The notes under the pieces are model-generated. The model worked only from the letters and a program-made list of their open reading frames with translations, ran no database searches and was not told the origin of the DNA. A stretch of DNA of 64,000 nt from Mustelus asterias (taxonomy: Eukaryota): NCBI RefSeq assembly GCF_964213995.1, contig NC_135817.1:42842001-42906000 (forward strand), given 5' to 3'. Within the stretch, counting starts at the first letter, position 1. The number at the start of each line of letters is the position of its first letter. Shown here piece after piece: positions 37,283 through 49,972 of the stretch. The translations under genes were made by a program, and so were the position numbers.

Positions 37283-38212
37283 TCACAAATTTGCAAATGA
37301 CACAAAAATAGGCAGGACAGTAAGTTGCAATGAGGAAATAAGAACCTTACCAATGGATATAGATAGGTTAGGAGAGTGGACCAAAATGTGGCAGATGGAG
37401 TTTAACATGGATAAGTGTGAGGTCATGCATTTTGGTCGGAAAAATGTGAAGGTGACTTATTATCTAAATGACCTCAGGGTGCTCCCATGCAGAAGGACCT
37501 GGGTGTCCTCATTCATGAGTCACAGAAAACTAGCATGCAGGTACAGCAGATAATAAAGAAAGCAAATGGAATGTTGGCATTTATAGCTAAAGGAATAGGA
37601 TATAAAGGTAAGGAAGTAATGTTGCAACTATACAAGGCATTGTAGCTCTACAAGTGAGGCTGCAAGCAAAGTATTGGGTTTTCGTCCCCTTATTTGAGGA
37701 AAGATGTAGTGGCAATGGAGGCAGTTCAGAGGAGGTCCACTAGATTGATTCCAGAGATGAGGGGTTTGTCGTATGAAGAGAGATTGAACAGTTTAGGCCT
37801 ATTCTCTCTGGAATTTAGAAGAATGAGGGGAGATCAAATTGAGGTATACAAGATGATAAAAGGTATGGATAAAGTAGACATGGAGCAGATGCTTCCTCTT
37901 GTGGGGCATTCTAGGATGAGAGGTCACAGTCTTAGGATAAGGGGTAGCAAAATTAAAACAGAGTTGAGGAGAAACTACTTCTCCCAAAGGGTAATGAATC
38001 TGTGGCATTTGCTACCCCAAGTGCGGTGGATGCTGGGACAGTGAGTAAATCTAAGGAGGAGTTAGACATATTTTTAATTGGTAATGGGTTGAAGGGTTAT
38101 GGGGAGAAGTCAGGAAAATGGGGATGAGGAGCATATCAGCCATGATTGAATGGCGGAGCGGACTCGATGGGCTGAATGGCTTAATTCTGCTCCTATATCT
38201 TACGAACGTATA
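37283..38212 (+). mobile_element. CR1 LINE 3' portion
   Basis: KFANDTKIG, WQMEFNMDKCEVMHFG, and the C-terminal ORF 37694-38044. Confidence 0.92.
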
Positions 38213-38782
38213 AACTTATATCAGCATCTGAACTCCCCAAAACATCTTAGCTATATCAATTAGGCATTTTGGAAACTGAAGGCCGAAGTATTAATCATTA
38301 GGAAGTGATACCATACATCTTCAAATAAGCAAACACACAAAGTATCTCACAGTGCCTGTTACCTAAGTGGAAAGCTATAAACTTAATAAAATAACAGGGA
38401 AAAGCTATAATGAGGAGGGTGCTTCCACAAATGACTGATATCTTAGGCAATCAGTCAGGAGTTAACAGGAAGTGACATCAGCAAGGTAACCATCACCTAC
38501 AAGACAATAATCATGCATTGCTTTACCAATCAGGGACTGATCATGAGTTGTCTGGACCAATCATAGCTCAGGGGTGCTACCAATCATGCACAGACGTGGT
38601 GACAAGCACTGGGTCTCAGGGGTGACCAGGACGAGGCCATTGTCTTATGAGGTGAAAGTGCAGGACAAGTTAGTGAAGAAACACCAGCAAATGGTGTTGT
38701 TGTTTGCTTAAGGGATGAAATGACTGATCAGCCAGTGGCAGGCCAAAGTGCCTACTCCCAATGAAGAGGAGGATGAGACATG

Positions 38783-40501
38783 GGGCCCAATTCTCCCATC
38801 ACGACCCACAACTTTTCTGGTGGGTCTGGTCGGGAGAATCACGTCGTCAGCCTTTTTCCGGGATTTGCACATACACCGGGAATGCATGCACATCTCCCAG
38901 AGCCGGAGAAGAGTTACAGTCGAGACCGCGCTGGAAACCGGCAGGAAGAGAGGTAAGTCATTTAAATCATATTTTAATGCTGTTTAAATATGTTTTGCAT
39001 GTCATTATCGGGAACTTGCCGGTCCCGATTAAATATTCCCAACCTACCAGGAGTACTTCATTCCGGCAGGGTTTTGAGTAGCTTCCCATGTTTGGGGAAC
39101 TAGCGGGAGACCCTGCCAGAATGAAGGGGGGATGTTGCAGTTGTATAGAACGTTGGTTCGGCCGCATTTGGAATACTGCGCTCAGTTCTGTTCGCCACCC
39201 TACCAGAAGGACGTGGAGGCTTTAGAGAGAGTGCAGAGGAGGTTTACCAGGATGTTGCCTGGTATGGAAGGGCTTAGTTATGAGGAGAGATTGGGTAAAC
39301 TGGGGTTGTTCTCATTGGAAAGACGGAGGATGAGGGGTGACCTAATAGAGGTGTATAAAATTATGAAAGGCATGGATAGGGTGAACGGTGGGAAGCTTTT
39401 TCCCAGATCGGTGGTGACGTTCACGAGGGGTCATAGGTTCAACGTGAGGGGGGGGAGGTTTAACACGGATATCAGAAGGACGTATTTTTACACAGAGGGT
39501 GGTTGGGGCCTGGAATGCGCTGCCGGGCAAGGTGGTGGAAGCGGATACACTGGGAACGTTTAAGACTTATCTAGATAGCCACATGAACGGAGTGGGAATG
39601 GAGGGATACAAAAGAATGGTCTAGTTTGGACCAGGGAGCGGCGCGGGCTTGGAGGGCCGAAGGGCCTGTTCCTGTGCTGTATTGTTCTTTGTTCTTTGTT
39701 TGGGACAATCGAGGCCCCCCAGGCATCGGCCGGCAGGGGGTGGTGCCCCCTGGGCATGGGCACCCTGACAGTGCCAGCCTGTGCTCCCTAGCACTGCTCA
39801 AGGGGCAAAGTGCCCATGCCCAGGGGCACCTTAGCACTGCCCATTGGGCATTGGGCAGTGCCAAAGGGGTGGGGCCTATTGTGGGAGGGGCCTAGGGGTG
39901 ATCGGTGGGGGTGGGAGATCCCGCTGCCACTCCGCATTGAGATCGGTCTGGACTAGAGGGAAGCCAGCGATCAGGGCGGGTTGGGGGGCCTGCCTCCCGG
40001 GGGGGGGGCCTGCCTCCTGGGGGGGTTCTGACCAGGGTGGGGGGGGGTCTGACCCCGGGGGGGAGGCATTAGCGGGGGGGTCTGCCGGGGTGAGGGGGGT
40101 GAGGAGATCGCCACTGCTGTGGGGGAGGCGTGGGCTGGACATCGGAGAGCTCTGGGGTGGGGGGGTCAGTCCTGGCCCGGGACTTGTTGTGGGGGCCACG
40201 ATCGGGCCATGGGGGGATTTGGGGGGGCAGCACTGCGGTGGTCCCGGGCTGGCCAGTGATCGAGCTGGCCAGTAAAAGGGGAGACTGCCAGATCGGGGCC
40301 ACTACGCATGTGCAGAGTTCCAGAACTGTCAAACTCCGGCGCGAATAAGCCCCCCCCACCCCTGGTTTTTTAATGAGATCTCCGATTGTGACCTCTGTAT
40401 TGCTCAGAGTGGGCGATTCGAGTGTGAAGCTGCACTCAAAAAACAGTCGTGATCTAGAACAGTTATCCCACCAATTCAGCGCTTTTGGGAGAATCGCCCC
40501 C
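38783..40501. mobile_element. Non-autonomous Harbinger element with a nested young CR1
   Basis: 15-bp TIRs GGGCCCAATTCTCCC / GGGAGAATCGCCCCC. TSD ATG (38780-82, 40502-04). Same family as 48-1176. Confidence 0.85.
39131..39700 (+). mobile_element. Young CR1, 5'-truncated, near-identical to 60496-61013
   Basis: ORF 39132-39563, MLQLYRTLVRPHLEYCAQF. (GTTCTTT)n tail. Confidence 0.95.
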
Positions 40502-41180
40502 ATGGATTCCAGAGGAGAGTCCAAGTGAAGCAAGTTCAACCGAAGCTATCTCAACAGTAGAACCTCAATCAGTTGAGTATGTTGTTCCCAGAGAAAGAGA
40601 AGGTCCCCAGACAGACTGAATTTTTGTTAGACTGTGTTAAAATGTTCATCATTGTTATTGTTTTGGAAATTGTATTAGTTACTTATGTACTATATAATAG
40701 GGACTTGTAGGGGGAGGGATGTAGTAGCTGGCCCCAATCACTCAATGGGGAATGAGTTAGGATCTTGGTGCAGAGTGAAGGCTTTTGCAGCTTGGACAGA
40801 TCCTAGAGCTGGAAGTATTAAAATCGTGTAAGTGCTCTGTATATTTATGTGCTTGTAAATAAGCCATTATAGTTTGTTATACTAATTGGTTGACACCAAC
40901 CTTTGCAATTACTGCACTGCCCATCCATGGTTTTCCTTGTGAGAACATTAGTGGACCTTCTTCTTGAAGTACCACAGTCATAGTGTGTTTTGGTACAATT
41001 GAACAATGTACTGGGCCGATTCAGAAGAGAATTAAGAGTTAACCACACTGATGTGGGATAGGAGTCGCATAGACCAGAGCAGGTAAGACAGCAGTTATTC
41101 TTCTCTAAAGAACATTTCTGAACCAGTTGGGTTTTAAAAATCCAATCCAAAAGTTTTGTGGTCACCAATATTAATAGCAT

Positions 41181-41333
41181 GGGCAGGATTTTCTGCCCCC
41201 CCCCCCCCCCCCCCGGATCTTCTGGTCCCACCACTGTCAAAGGGATTTCCCATCAGTCCAACTCACGGTGAGTGTGTGCCATCGGGCAGGACCAGAAGAT
41301 CCCACTAGCAAGAAGAGCAGGTAAATCCGACCC
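41181..41333. mobile_element. Short Harbinger-type MITE
   Basis: TIRs gggcaggattttctgc / gcaggtaaatccgaccc, flanked by CAT and TAT. Confidence 0.7.
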
Positions 41334-41844
41334 TATATTTTTATTTACATTTTTTTTTAAAACTACATTCAATTTCCTAATACCTCTGGAGGGATTTTAG
41401 TTTGCATTCCATGGATTATTAGTCCAGGCTTTTGAATGGAGAGTATAGCAACATAATCACCACACTAATGCTATGGAGATCAACCATAATTAGAACAAGT
41501 GATTTGGTACAGCTAAGATTACTGAAAATGGTGGGAGAGAAGCTATGCTAAATGGCTAAAAGCCTCGACAATTGTGGTAATTACTCTATTACTGTTCCAG
41601 CCAGCCTTCTTTTCTTGCACAGTTACTTTAACTTTAAGCATCAACATGTTTTCAAAATACTTGTATTCTGCCTTTCACAGCCCAACAAACATGAGACTGT
41701 GGTTACAAAATTGTGATTCTTAGTGCCTATTATTTATGCATTACAAGTGCCGTTTAAGAAGCAAAATGGCATCCGCAATGTTGCATGCACTTTTGGGATG
41801 AATTGCACAGATGTTATGTTGGCAAGGGCAGTAGTGTGGGCATG

Positions 41845-42500
41845 GAACATGAGAACACGCAAGAAATAGAAGCAGGAGTGGGCCACCAGGCCCTTCAAGC
41901 CTGCCCCGTCATTATATACAATCATGGCTGATCTACGCCATCCTCAACTCCTTTTCTGTGCCATTTCCCCATAGCCCTCTATTTCTTGATCTATCAAATA
42001 TTTATCCACCTCCACTTTAAATACTTCTAATGATTCAATCTCCACTACCCTTTAGGGCAGAAAATTCCAGATATTCACCACCTTCTGTGAGAAGAAATTT
42101 CTACGCACATCAGTTTTAAATGACTGGCCCCTTATCTCCTAGCTATGTCCCCTTGTTCGAGACTCCCACAGTGAAAACATCTCACCATCTACCCTGTCAG
42201 GCCCATTCAGGGTCTTACGTGTTTGAATAAGGTCACCCCTCACTCTTTTAAAGTCCAAGGAATACACACCCAAGCTATTTAGTCTCTCTTGATAGGACAA
42301 TCCCCTCATCTCTTGTTGGATCTGCCTGTTAGCTTTTTGTGATTCATCACTGGGTCCCTCTGCATTTCACTCATCTGCAGTCTCTCTCCACTTAGATAAT
42401 AATCTGCCCTCCAATTCCTCCAACCAAAGTCCCTGACCTCACGCTTCCCCGCATTAAAATCCATTGGTCAGGTTTTCGCCCAGTCGCTCAATCAATCTAT
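41845..42500 (-). mobile_element. CR1 LINE 3' fragment with internal deletions
   Basis: CR1 tail caggcccttcaagcctgccccgtcatt. TRGHS-type motif on the minus strand. Confidence 0.85.
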
Positions 42501-42899
42501 CTGGAAAACATCAGAATGCAGAGCAGCAGATCATAATGTCAAGTGATTTTATGCTTACATTGTCATTTTAGTGCTCAAAGCTCCAGCTAACACCCTTTCT
42601 TAGCCTTGTATAGCTGAATGCACATTGAGCAGTCAAGAAAGAAAGTCTATCAATACTATTTAAAAGGATTATCAACAGCTTACAGGTTAATTGCTGCTTT
42701 GATTCCAAATGGCTTTCATGTTCCCTATAGTTGTTTCAAATTGCAAAATTGCAATCATGTGGTAGGCAGTGCAGAAGTTTGTATTGACTTCAAGGCTTTT
42801 ACACAAACCAGTTGCTCCCAGGTATTGTTGCATTAGTAGCCATTCCTCTTTGAATGCATCACAAATTGGAGAATGAACAAAGGTCACACAGAGCAGGAC

Positions 42900-43790
42900 A
42901 AGTTGTTGGAAGATCAAGGAGGATGAAGGAGAGAAGAGTTTCAGCTGGAAACCATAAAGTTTTCAGGGTGTTCAGGGGGAAATTCTTCTACCTGAACCTC
43001 AGCAAAGATCAATAGATGCAATGTCTGAGCTTCAGTAAGGATGTCCTCATCTTGCATCAACTGCAGCAACCTCAGAGCAGAGCATGGATCAAATTGCCAG
43101 TGGCGATGAAAATGACCATGGCATTGAGCTTTTATGGGTCTGATTTCTTCCAGGCTGGAGACAGCAATGCTTGCGACATCTCACAGTATGCTGTCCACTG
43201 TTCCGTAAAGCAGGTCACTGAGACTCAATTCATTTATAGCTAACTACACATAGGCAGAGTGAACATGTGACTTTGTAGGATTGCAGGGTGTACCATGGTG
43301 CTGGGTGTCACTGCCAGCATGCACATTACTTTGTATGTGCCTCTGGCATTTGAACTCTGATATCTACCAGAAACAAAAAGGAATTCCACTCCTTCAATAT
43401 CCAGATGGTGTGTGAAAACTGGTCAAGTTCATGCAGATCAATTCCTGGTGTAGTGGGAACAGTAACGCTGTAATCATGCTGTGGCAGTCCACTATGCCAG
43501 ATGCTTTTGAGCCAGCATGACAAACCAAAAGGTACTGGATGATAAGGGCTATCCACTGTCCACATGGCTCATGATTCTGGTGCACAACCCATACAGATCT
43601 TCACAATATACGCACACTGAGGACAATGATGCTGTAAGAAATGTGAAAGAGCAGACACAAGGCATGTTGAAATGATGCTTCTGTTGCATGGATTACTCTG
43701 GAGGGCTCTGCAGCTCTCAGTAGGTGGGGTATTAAGATTGCTCATGGTCTGCTACATGTAACACAATCTTGCCATCATCAAGAAGGCGTC
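42900..43790 (+). pseudogene. Harbinger (HARBI1-like) DDE transposase pseudogene, near full length but highly degraded
   Basis: RVFRGKFFYLNLS..LPVAMKMTMALSFYGSDFFQ..ISQYAVHCSVKQVT; KGFHS/IQMVC-like; DKGYPLSTWLM; RNVKEQTQGMLK*CF; HNLAI. Confidence 0.88.
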
Positions 43791-44742
43791 CATGCTACCA
43801 AGTAGATGGTGAGTCACTGAGGAGAAGAAGAAGGAGCATGAGGATGATTCAATGGAGTAGGAGAAAGTATTGAAAGGAAAAATGGAGGTAAATTAGGCAA
43901 CGCCCTTCTGGTTAGACTGTCCCTCATGAACTCATGTGAATGCAATCCCAGTAATTATAACCATTTTCCCCCATGTGCCAACAGCCCCACACTTTACTTT
44001 CTTTCTATCATCTGCCATCACAACACCTGCTTGGCTACAATGCAAAAATAAGTATCACTACAAAATAAATCTTCCAAATCAATTTAAGAAATAAAATCAT
44101 TCCATATTGCACATACAGGTGAATTAATAATCTTTGTGCATTCCCTTAGTGTTTATCTTCAATGTGTCTTTGCTTGTCCGAGTGTTCCTACAAAGTGTTA
44201 AATCAGTGGCTTAGCATGGCTGGTGGAAAACTGCTGACTTTCAGTTGGGCTGAATGTAGGTGGCTTGGTAGGATAATATCAAGCAGCGCTGAACCTGGAA
44301 AGCTCAGTCTCAAACTGCATGGGAGGCAGCAGAATGGACTTGTTAATGGTATGTTAATTATCTTGGGTCATAACTTCCGAGCTCCCAAGCGTAGTATTGG
44401 AGAGGTATCCCAAAGATGCACTGGGGAACCCCCTTCAGAAGTTCCCAGGGAAGGTTTGCATGGCAATAGTCCAGAAGTGCAAACTGGGCAATTGCCCTGA
44501 ACTGGGAAACATGCAAAAATGCAACTTAAATCATTAACTTTGGATGGTTCCAAATGTGTTACATCAATAATTACCCAGAAAAATTTAAAATTATTAAAAC
44601 CATTTCTAGCTTTTTTGTACCTATTATACAGACTGATCCCCACAGGACTCCTCCATCCCCTGACTAACACCCCATGGATCTCCCATGTTAATGAGCCTAG
44701 CAACATTGCAAACAGAATTTACCTAAGGCAAGCTAGTAACAA

Positions 44743-45349
44743 TGTGGAATGTAACATAAAGGGTTTGAACAGGATGTCAGAGGTTCAAATGAGGAGACAA
44801 AGTGTGAATTATGCATTTGCAGTCTAAAAGGTAGCATCATAAAATGAAGGTAATTAAGTATGACTTCTGAAAAGGTTAGTTCAGATAAGGTAAGATCAAA
44901 AGGAAATAAAACTGTATATCAGAAGCAATTCAACCGATGCAAGAGTAACTGTTTTGAGACCTCAACCACAGCAGGAATAATTGTTTTAATTCCCAATAAG
45001 CTGTGCCTGTGAAGAAAGCTTGCCTTGAAGAAGCTGTTATTTTGTCCTGCACCATAGACAACCCCAAAAGATGTGACTGCCTAGTATGATAACTGGTACT
45101 AGATTTTGTTTATAGTTTAAACAAAAACTTATAAGATGTCGTTTGGGGAGAATTAGCTCTGATGGTAGTGGAATAAAGGTGTTTGGAACCAGGTGAAGTT
45201 AGGGACATTGCATATAGCCATTGATTTTGTTCAGTACTTCTAGTTGACTTTATTGTTATTTACTTTATTGTTTGATAAACATTTATTTATGTAAAATCAT
45301 CAGAACATGTCTGGGACAACATTCTCTGGTTTTCAAATCTTTCTTCACA
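44743..45349 (+). mobile_element. Possible solo LTR
   Basis: TG...CA ends with a polyA-like signal near 45275. No TSD found. Confidence 0.3.
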
Positions 45350-45469
45350 TTATATCAAATTGCAAGATTCATTTGAGGGTAGTTGTTTCAAGTTTTCCTT
45401 CTGGGATTTGGAATAACCCAAATCATCAGCTATGCTGTTTACAAAATGGCATTTGAAGATGCATTCATT

Positions 45470-45690
45470 GACATGGAATACTTGTGTGAGGACATTGAAC
45501 TTCTTGCAGAACTGCAGCCATATCCTTGAGGCTGGACTCCTGGCATTGACCTTCATGTGTATCTGCTCCCAATGCCCCCTGGTTCTGTAGGACATTTATT
45601 TTCCATTCCAATTTTTCTTATGATTTTCAATGCAGCATGTGAAAACCTTAGAGCCGCCAATCTCCCATGGAGTGCAATTGTTCAATGTTT
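45470..45690 (-). pseudogene. Harbinger Myb/SANT exon-1 remnant, convergent with the transposase at 42900
   Basis: AALRFSHAALK...WEQIHMKVNARSPASRIWLQFCKKFNVLT. Confidence 0.75.
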
Positions 45691-46307
45691 CACAGTTCAG
45701 TTTCACTTCCTGCATGGCTCCCAGCCCTTGCTGCAGCCAGAACTCACACTCTTAGATGGGCTGGCTAACCTTAAGCAATGTAGCCCAGATATAATTGGAT
45801 CAGGTATTTAGCCAGTGAACAATATGGTTAGTGCTGGAAATAATTTAATAAAGCAGGCATCAAGAATTTGGTCCACTTCCCACATTGACAGATGCCTCCT
45901 TACTAAACATTCAACTGACTATTGTATGCATTCATTTTACCAGCACTGCTTAAAATGACAGTTTAGCTTAAATTGCCAGTAACATTGTAAACCAAAGATC
46001 TAAGCCTGAATTTTATTTTTGAGATGTGCCCAAAGTTGGTGCAGCCAGAAGCAAATGTGAAATGTACTCCTGCCCAAGATCATGTTGTTCATGTGATATT
46101 AACCCGGTCCAGCCAGCATGAAACATTACTGCTGGTTGGCATTTCAGCACATGCAGGGGTGGGAAAGCTGCAAGTGCCGGGTCAACAGGGGACCCGGAGG
46201 ACAGGGTTTTAAAACTGAAAAGGCAGCTCTCTGAAGGTTGCCAGGTGTTATGGGGGAGGCTGAAGAGTTGCCTGCAACGACTAAAATAACCAATCTGTTA
46301 TCCAGCA

Positions 46308-48065
46308 ATGGCCTCAGTACCTGGTGGCTATGGAAGGTGGGAAGGCACTCTGCCCCCTATTTCTCAGATGAGTGCCTGAAAGTCCTGGTCAATGAGCTGA
46401 GTAGCAGGCAGCAAATCCTAATACCCAGGGACAGTAAGAGAAGGCCTCAAAACCTGATCAAGGCCTGACAGAGGGTACCTGCCCAGGATAGTGGGCATGG
46501 TATGGTCTGTTGCACTTGACTTCAGTGCTGCAAAAGATTCAATGATCTTCTGCAGTTGGCAAAGGTAAGTGCAGAGGTGGCATGGACTTGTGCTAAAATG
46601 GCATGGACTTGTGTGGAGAAGTGCAGTCTGGTATCTGTTTCTCAGGATGCTTAGGGGTATAAAAGTGTGTATGTCAAATGGCACTCAAGACTGATCTGCC
46701 AAGGCTGGCTTGTCAGTATACTTGGCCTCAGTGCAGTGTGAGATGTGTCCCACTTACTGGCTGTGGAGCAAGCTGGAATGGACCTCAGGGAGACAGAGCA
46801 CGAATGATGAATTCAATTTTTCCCTGCCAGGGAAAGAGGAGCCACGATGCTGTGGAGCAACAATGATTAGGTGCTGGGGTTCCAAACCTCAATGTCCTCA
46901 TCAAACATGAAAGTGATGCACTAAAGCTGGAGTACTACCAGCTTACTCCTCCAGTCATGATGAGGCAGTGGTCTCAGATGAAGGCAAGAGCGCAGGCTAC
47001 AGATGTGTGGATGGCAGGAACTAGAAACCTATGGGGTCCTGGCATCAGTCATGGAGCTGTCACAGCCAGGGTGCCTATTGAAGCTCCAGTACAGATGGCA
47101 CCATGCTTGAGGTCTCCATTGTTTCTTCAGTCCACCTGGCATGCATAGTGACTATGATGATTGCACTTATTTATATTTTGTCTTCCTCACACAGGTGTAC
47201 CATCCATAGGAGAATCAGCAACCCCAACAACCTGCCATTCAGCTGAGAGGAAGATATCATATCGGAAAAAGCTTCACATCCTCTCTTGCAACCAGGCACC
47301 TGCATAGATACTCTCACAGCGGTGGGCATTAGGACATCAACTCCATGGGTAGTGCACAGTGGTGAGGCCACTTCACACTCGCACAAGGAGGTAGCAGAGG
47401 CAGGGAGGTCAGAGTGGCACTGACAGTGTAACACTGCTAGACACCAGGACCATGGTGACTCCAAGTCAGATGATGAGCCTCCGGAATCGGCCATCAGGCG
47501 ACAGATGCTATATGTCCAGTGGGATGTTCAGGGAAGTCTGGCAGAGATCCATGAAGGTCTGCGTGGCATGATCTCTGTCAATGAGGAGTCCATGTGGAGC
47601 ATGAGTATATGTTGACCCTTAACACCGAGCGCACAGCCTCCTCCATTGAGAGAGTGACCACTCTCATAGAGCAGCAGCTTCAGGGATAGAATCAGGGATT
47701 CCAGGGTCACACTTGGATCTGCAACTCAACACACCAGCCAGAGTGAGAGATGGATGAGGAACCTAGTCTCTCTGCTAGGTAAGCACTGAAGTCCAAACAT
47801 ACCTCATGCTGGTGAATGAGCTGCCATCAAGGTACTCCAGATGAGAGCACCAGCTCCTCCATCCATCTTTCAGTTGCTGCTGCAGCTGGTGATGCCACAA
47901 TGACTGAGGAGTGCCCAGCTATGGGGCTGAAAGCATCCTCCCAGATGCAGCCTGCTCAGATTTAATCAGCCAGAGGACAACCGTCAAGGTCATCACAACC
48001 ACATAGACCGCAAAGTCAGCAGGCTGCCTCCAATGTCACTGTCAGCAGATGTAAGCTAAAGGCAC
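46308..48065 (+). pseudogene. Harbinger Myb/SANT gene remnant, 3 exons
   Basis: SAPYFSDECLKVLVNELSSRQQILIPRDSKRRP..LQCCKRFNDLLQLAK|gtaagt. Acceptor ccctgccag|GKRSH, and a third acceptor at ~47194. Confidence 0.82.
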
Positions 48066-48339
48066 CTTGAGCACAATAGGGGCATGTCATGGGTGCTTCC
48101 ATTACTTCGATCTGTCAGGGTAGTGGTTATAAACTGGAATCAGTGTACTATGGTAACAGATGACTTGCACATTCATTGAGTGGAATCTCTTTCAGTTAAT
48201 GAAAGCCCCCAGCTCACCTACTTGTGCCTTGATGGTCACATGAGTGCAATCTATTACACCCTCGACGTGGGTGTAATAGATAGCCATCACAGTGAAATCT
48301 CTGGTTCTCTCACCTGGCTGCCTCATCTGTCTGGTAGTG

Positions 48340-48800
48340 GATAAATGCACATAGGTATCTAAATATGTCATCAGCCATTAGCTTGACAGAACTGCAGCTG
48401 ATTGAGATACGGCACACAGATCCCTCACTCTGCCCTGAAAAAAATCAGATGTGTCAAAGTTGAGGGCCACTATGACCTTCTGCTGAAGCAGTTGGAGACT
48501 ATTTCTGGACTAATCATGTAGCATATTACTGTCACTGTGTCACTAGAGAAGTGGAGTCTCCTACAGCTCTGGACCTCAGACATTTAGAGGTAGTTGGAGC
48601 ACTGCCTGTACACTCTAGTCGCTGAGTAATGGCATCAACGGCAGACCCTCATGCCTTGGCCTCCTTCTGTCCCTGCAACAATTGAGCCTGTGATTCTCCT
48701 CTTAATGGTCTCTCCCTGGGATGGTGCCCATACTCACCTGACCTCCTCTCCCCCACAGCCCCTCTCCTCCTCTTCAAAGAGGTCCCAACAGCTGAGTATA
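48340..48800 (-). pseudogene. Harbinger transposase N-terminal remnant
   Basis: RVYRQCSNYL*MSEVQSCRRLHFSSDTVTVIC..KVIVALNFDTSDFFQG..DLCAVSQSA. Confidence 0.8.
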
Positions 48801-49054
48801 CTACCCCATTGGAGGAGATGCAGAGGACCAGTGCCTTGCGAATGAGGGAGCACTGTGCTGTAATCCTCAAGCAAACCTTCCGGGAAAGATGAGGTCCTGA
48901 AATGATGAAAGGCAAGCTTGAAATGCTGCTGACATCCAAGGAAATTCTGGGACAACCCTAGTCACAGAGTGATGGGCTTGCAATGACAGAGTAAGTGTGT
49001 GTACTCCATGGGTCTTTTATCCTGCCCTTGGATGAGGAATTGATAAAAATGTGT

Positions 49055-49153
49055 TTTCCTCCCCTTCCCCTCCTTCCCTTCCCTCCCCTCCCCCTCCCCT
49101 CCCCTCCCCTTCGTCCCCTCCCATCCCTCCCCTCCGTCCCCTCCCTCCCCTCC
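49055..49153. repeat. Polypyrimidine (CCCCT)n microsatellite
   Basis: ~100 bp that is almost purely C/T. Confidence 0.9.
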
Positions 49154-49374
49154 AGTTTTGCTCATGTGAGGAGCTGAAAATCGCACAGGCAGCATAAAAT
49201 TGCTGTCTATTGACTTGTTAATGGCCTTAATTGGCCCTTTAATTATCAGTGGCAGTGCATCGACTTGCACACCCGCTGACCTCAAAATTGCACACATGCA
49301 TGCTGATGTCGGGAAGCACACATGATATAATTTGGTCAGGTCGAACGCAGGTCTGAGCAATCTGCTGCTGTGAT

Positions 49375-49972
49375 ACATAGAACATAGTACAGAGAACATT
49401 ACAGCGCAGTACAATGTTGCGCCGACCTGTGAAACCAATCTAAAGCCCATCTAACCTACACTATTCCAATATTATCCATATGTTTATCCAATGACCATTT
49501 AAATGCCTTAATGTTGGCGAGTCCACTACTGCTGCAGGCAGGGCATTCCACGCCCTTACTACTCTCTGAGTGAAGAACCTACCTCTGACATCTGTCCTAT
49601 ATCTATCACCCCTCAATTTAAAGCTATGTCCCCTCGTGCCAGCCATCACCATCCGAGGAAAAAGGCTCTCACTGTCCACCCTATCTAATCCTCTGATCAT
49701 TTTGTATGCCTCTATTAAGTCACCTCTTAACCTTCTCTCTAGCGAAAACAGCCTCAAGTCCCTCAGCTTTTCCTCATAAGACCTTCCCACCATACCAGGC
49801 AACATCCTGGTAAATCTTCTCTGCACCCTTTCCAATGCTTCCACATCCTTCCTATAATACGGTGACCAGAACTGTACGCAATACTCCAAGTGCAGCCGCA
49901 CCAGAGTTTTGTACAGGTGCAACATGACCTCATGGCTCCGAAACTCAATCCCTCGACCAATTAAAGCTAACA
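49375..49972 (-). mobile_element. CR1 LINE 3' fragment, young
   Basis: ORF 49461-49973, LVRLHLEYCVQFWSPYYRKD..TRGHSFKL. (GTTCTAT)n tail. Confidence 0.95.

Larger units (their letters stand above)
38357..40895 (+). mobile_element. Probable solo LTR split by a MITE (parts 38357-38782 and 40502-40895)
   Basis: TGTTA...TGACA ends. Cluster of CCAATCA boxes (38526, 38557, 38580) and CAGGAAGTG. No TSD confirmed. Confidence 0.45.
46003..49345. mobile_element. Defective two-gene Harbinger transposon
   Basis: TIR-like agcctgaatttta at ~46003. Myb gene on + and transposase N-terminus on -. The right end is overlaid by a CR1. Confidence 0.7.

Noticed and set aside
39560-40539. Pro/Gly-rich ORFs of 97-156 aa
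   Set aside because: They arise from G-run-rich MITE sequence and show no domain features.
42900-43790. Domesticated host HARBI1 gene
   Set aside because: Multiple stops and frameshifts, a degenerate catalytic motif, and a convergent Myb remnant mark it as a TE fossil.
45446-45530. Plus-strand peptide MAFEDAFIDMEYLCEDIELLAELQ
   Set aside because: It is the antisense reading of the Myb/SANT remnant on the minus strand.
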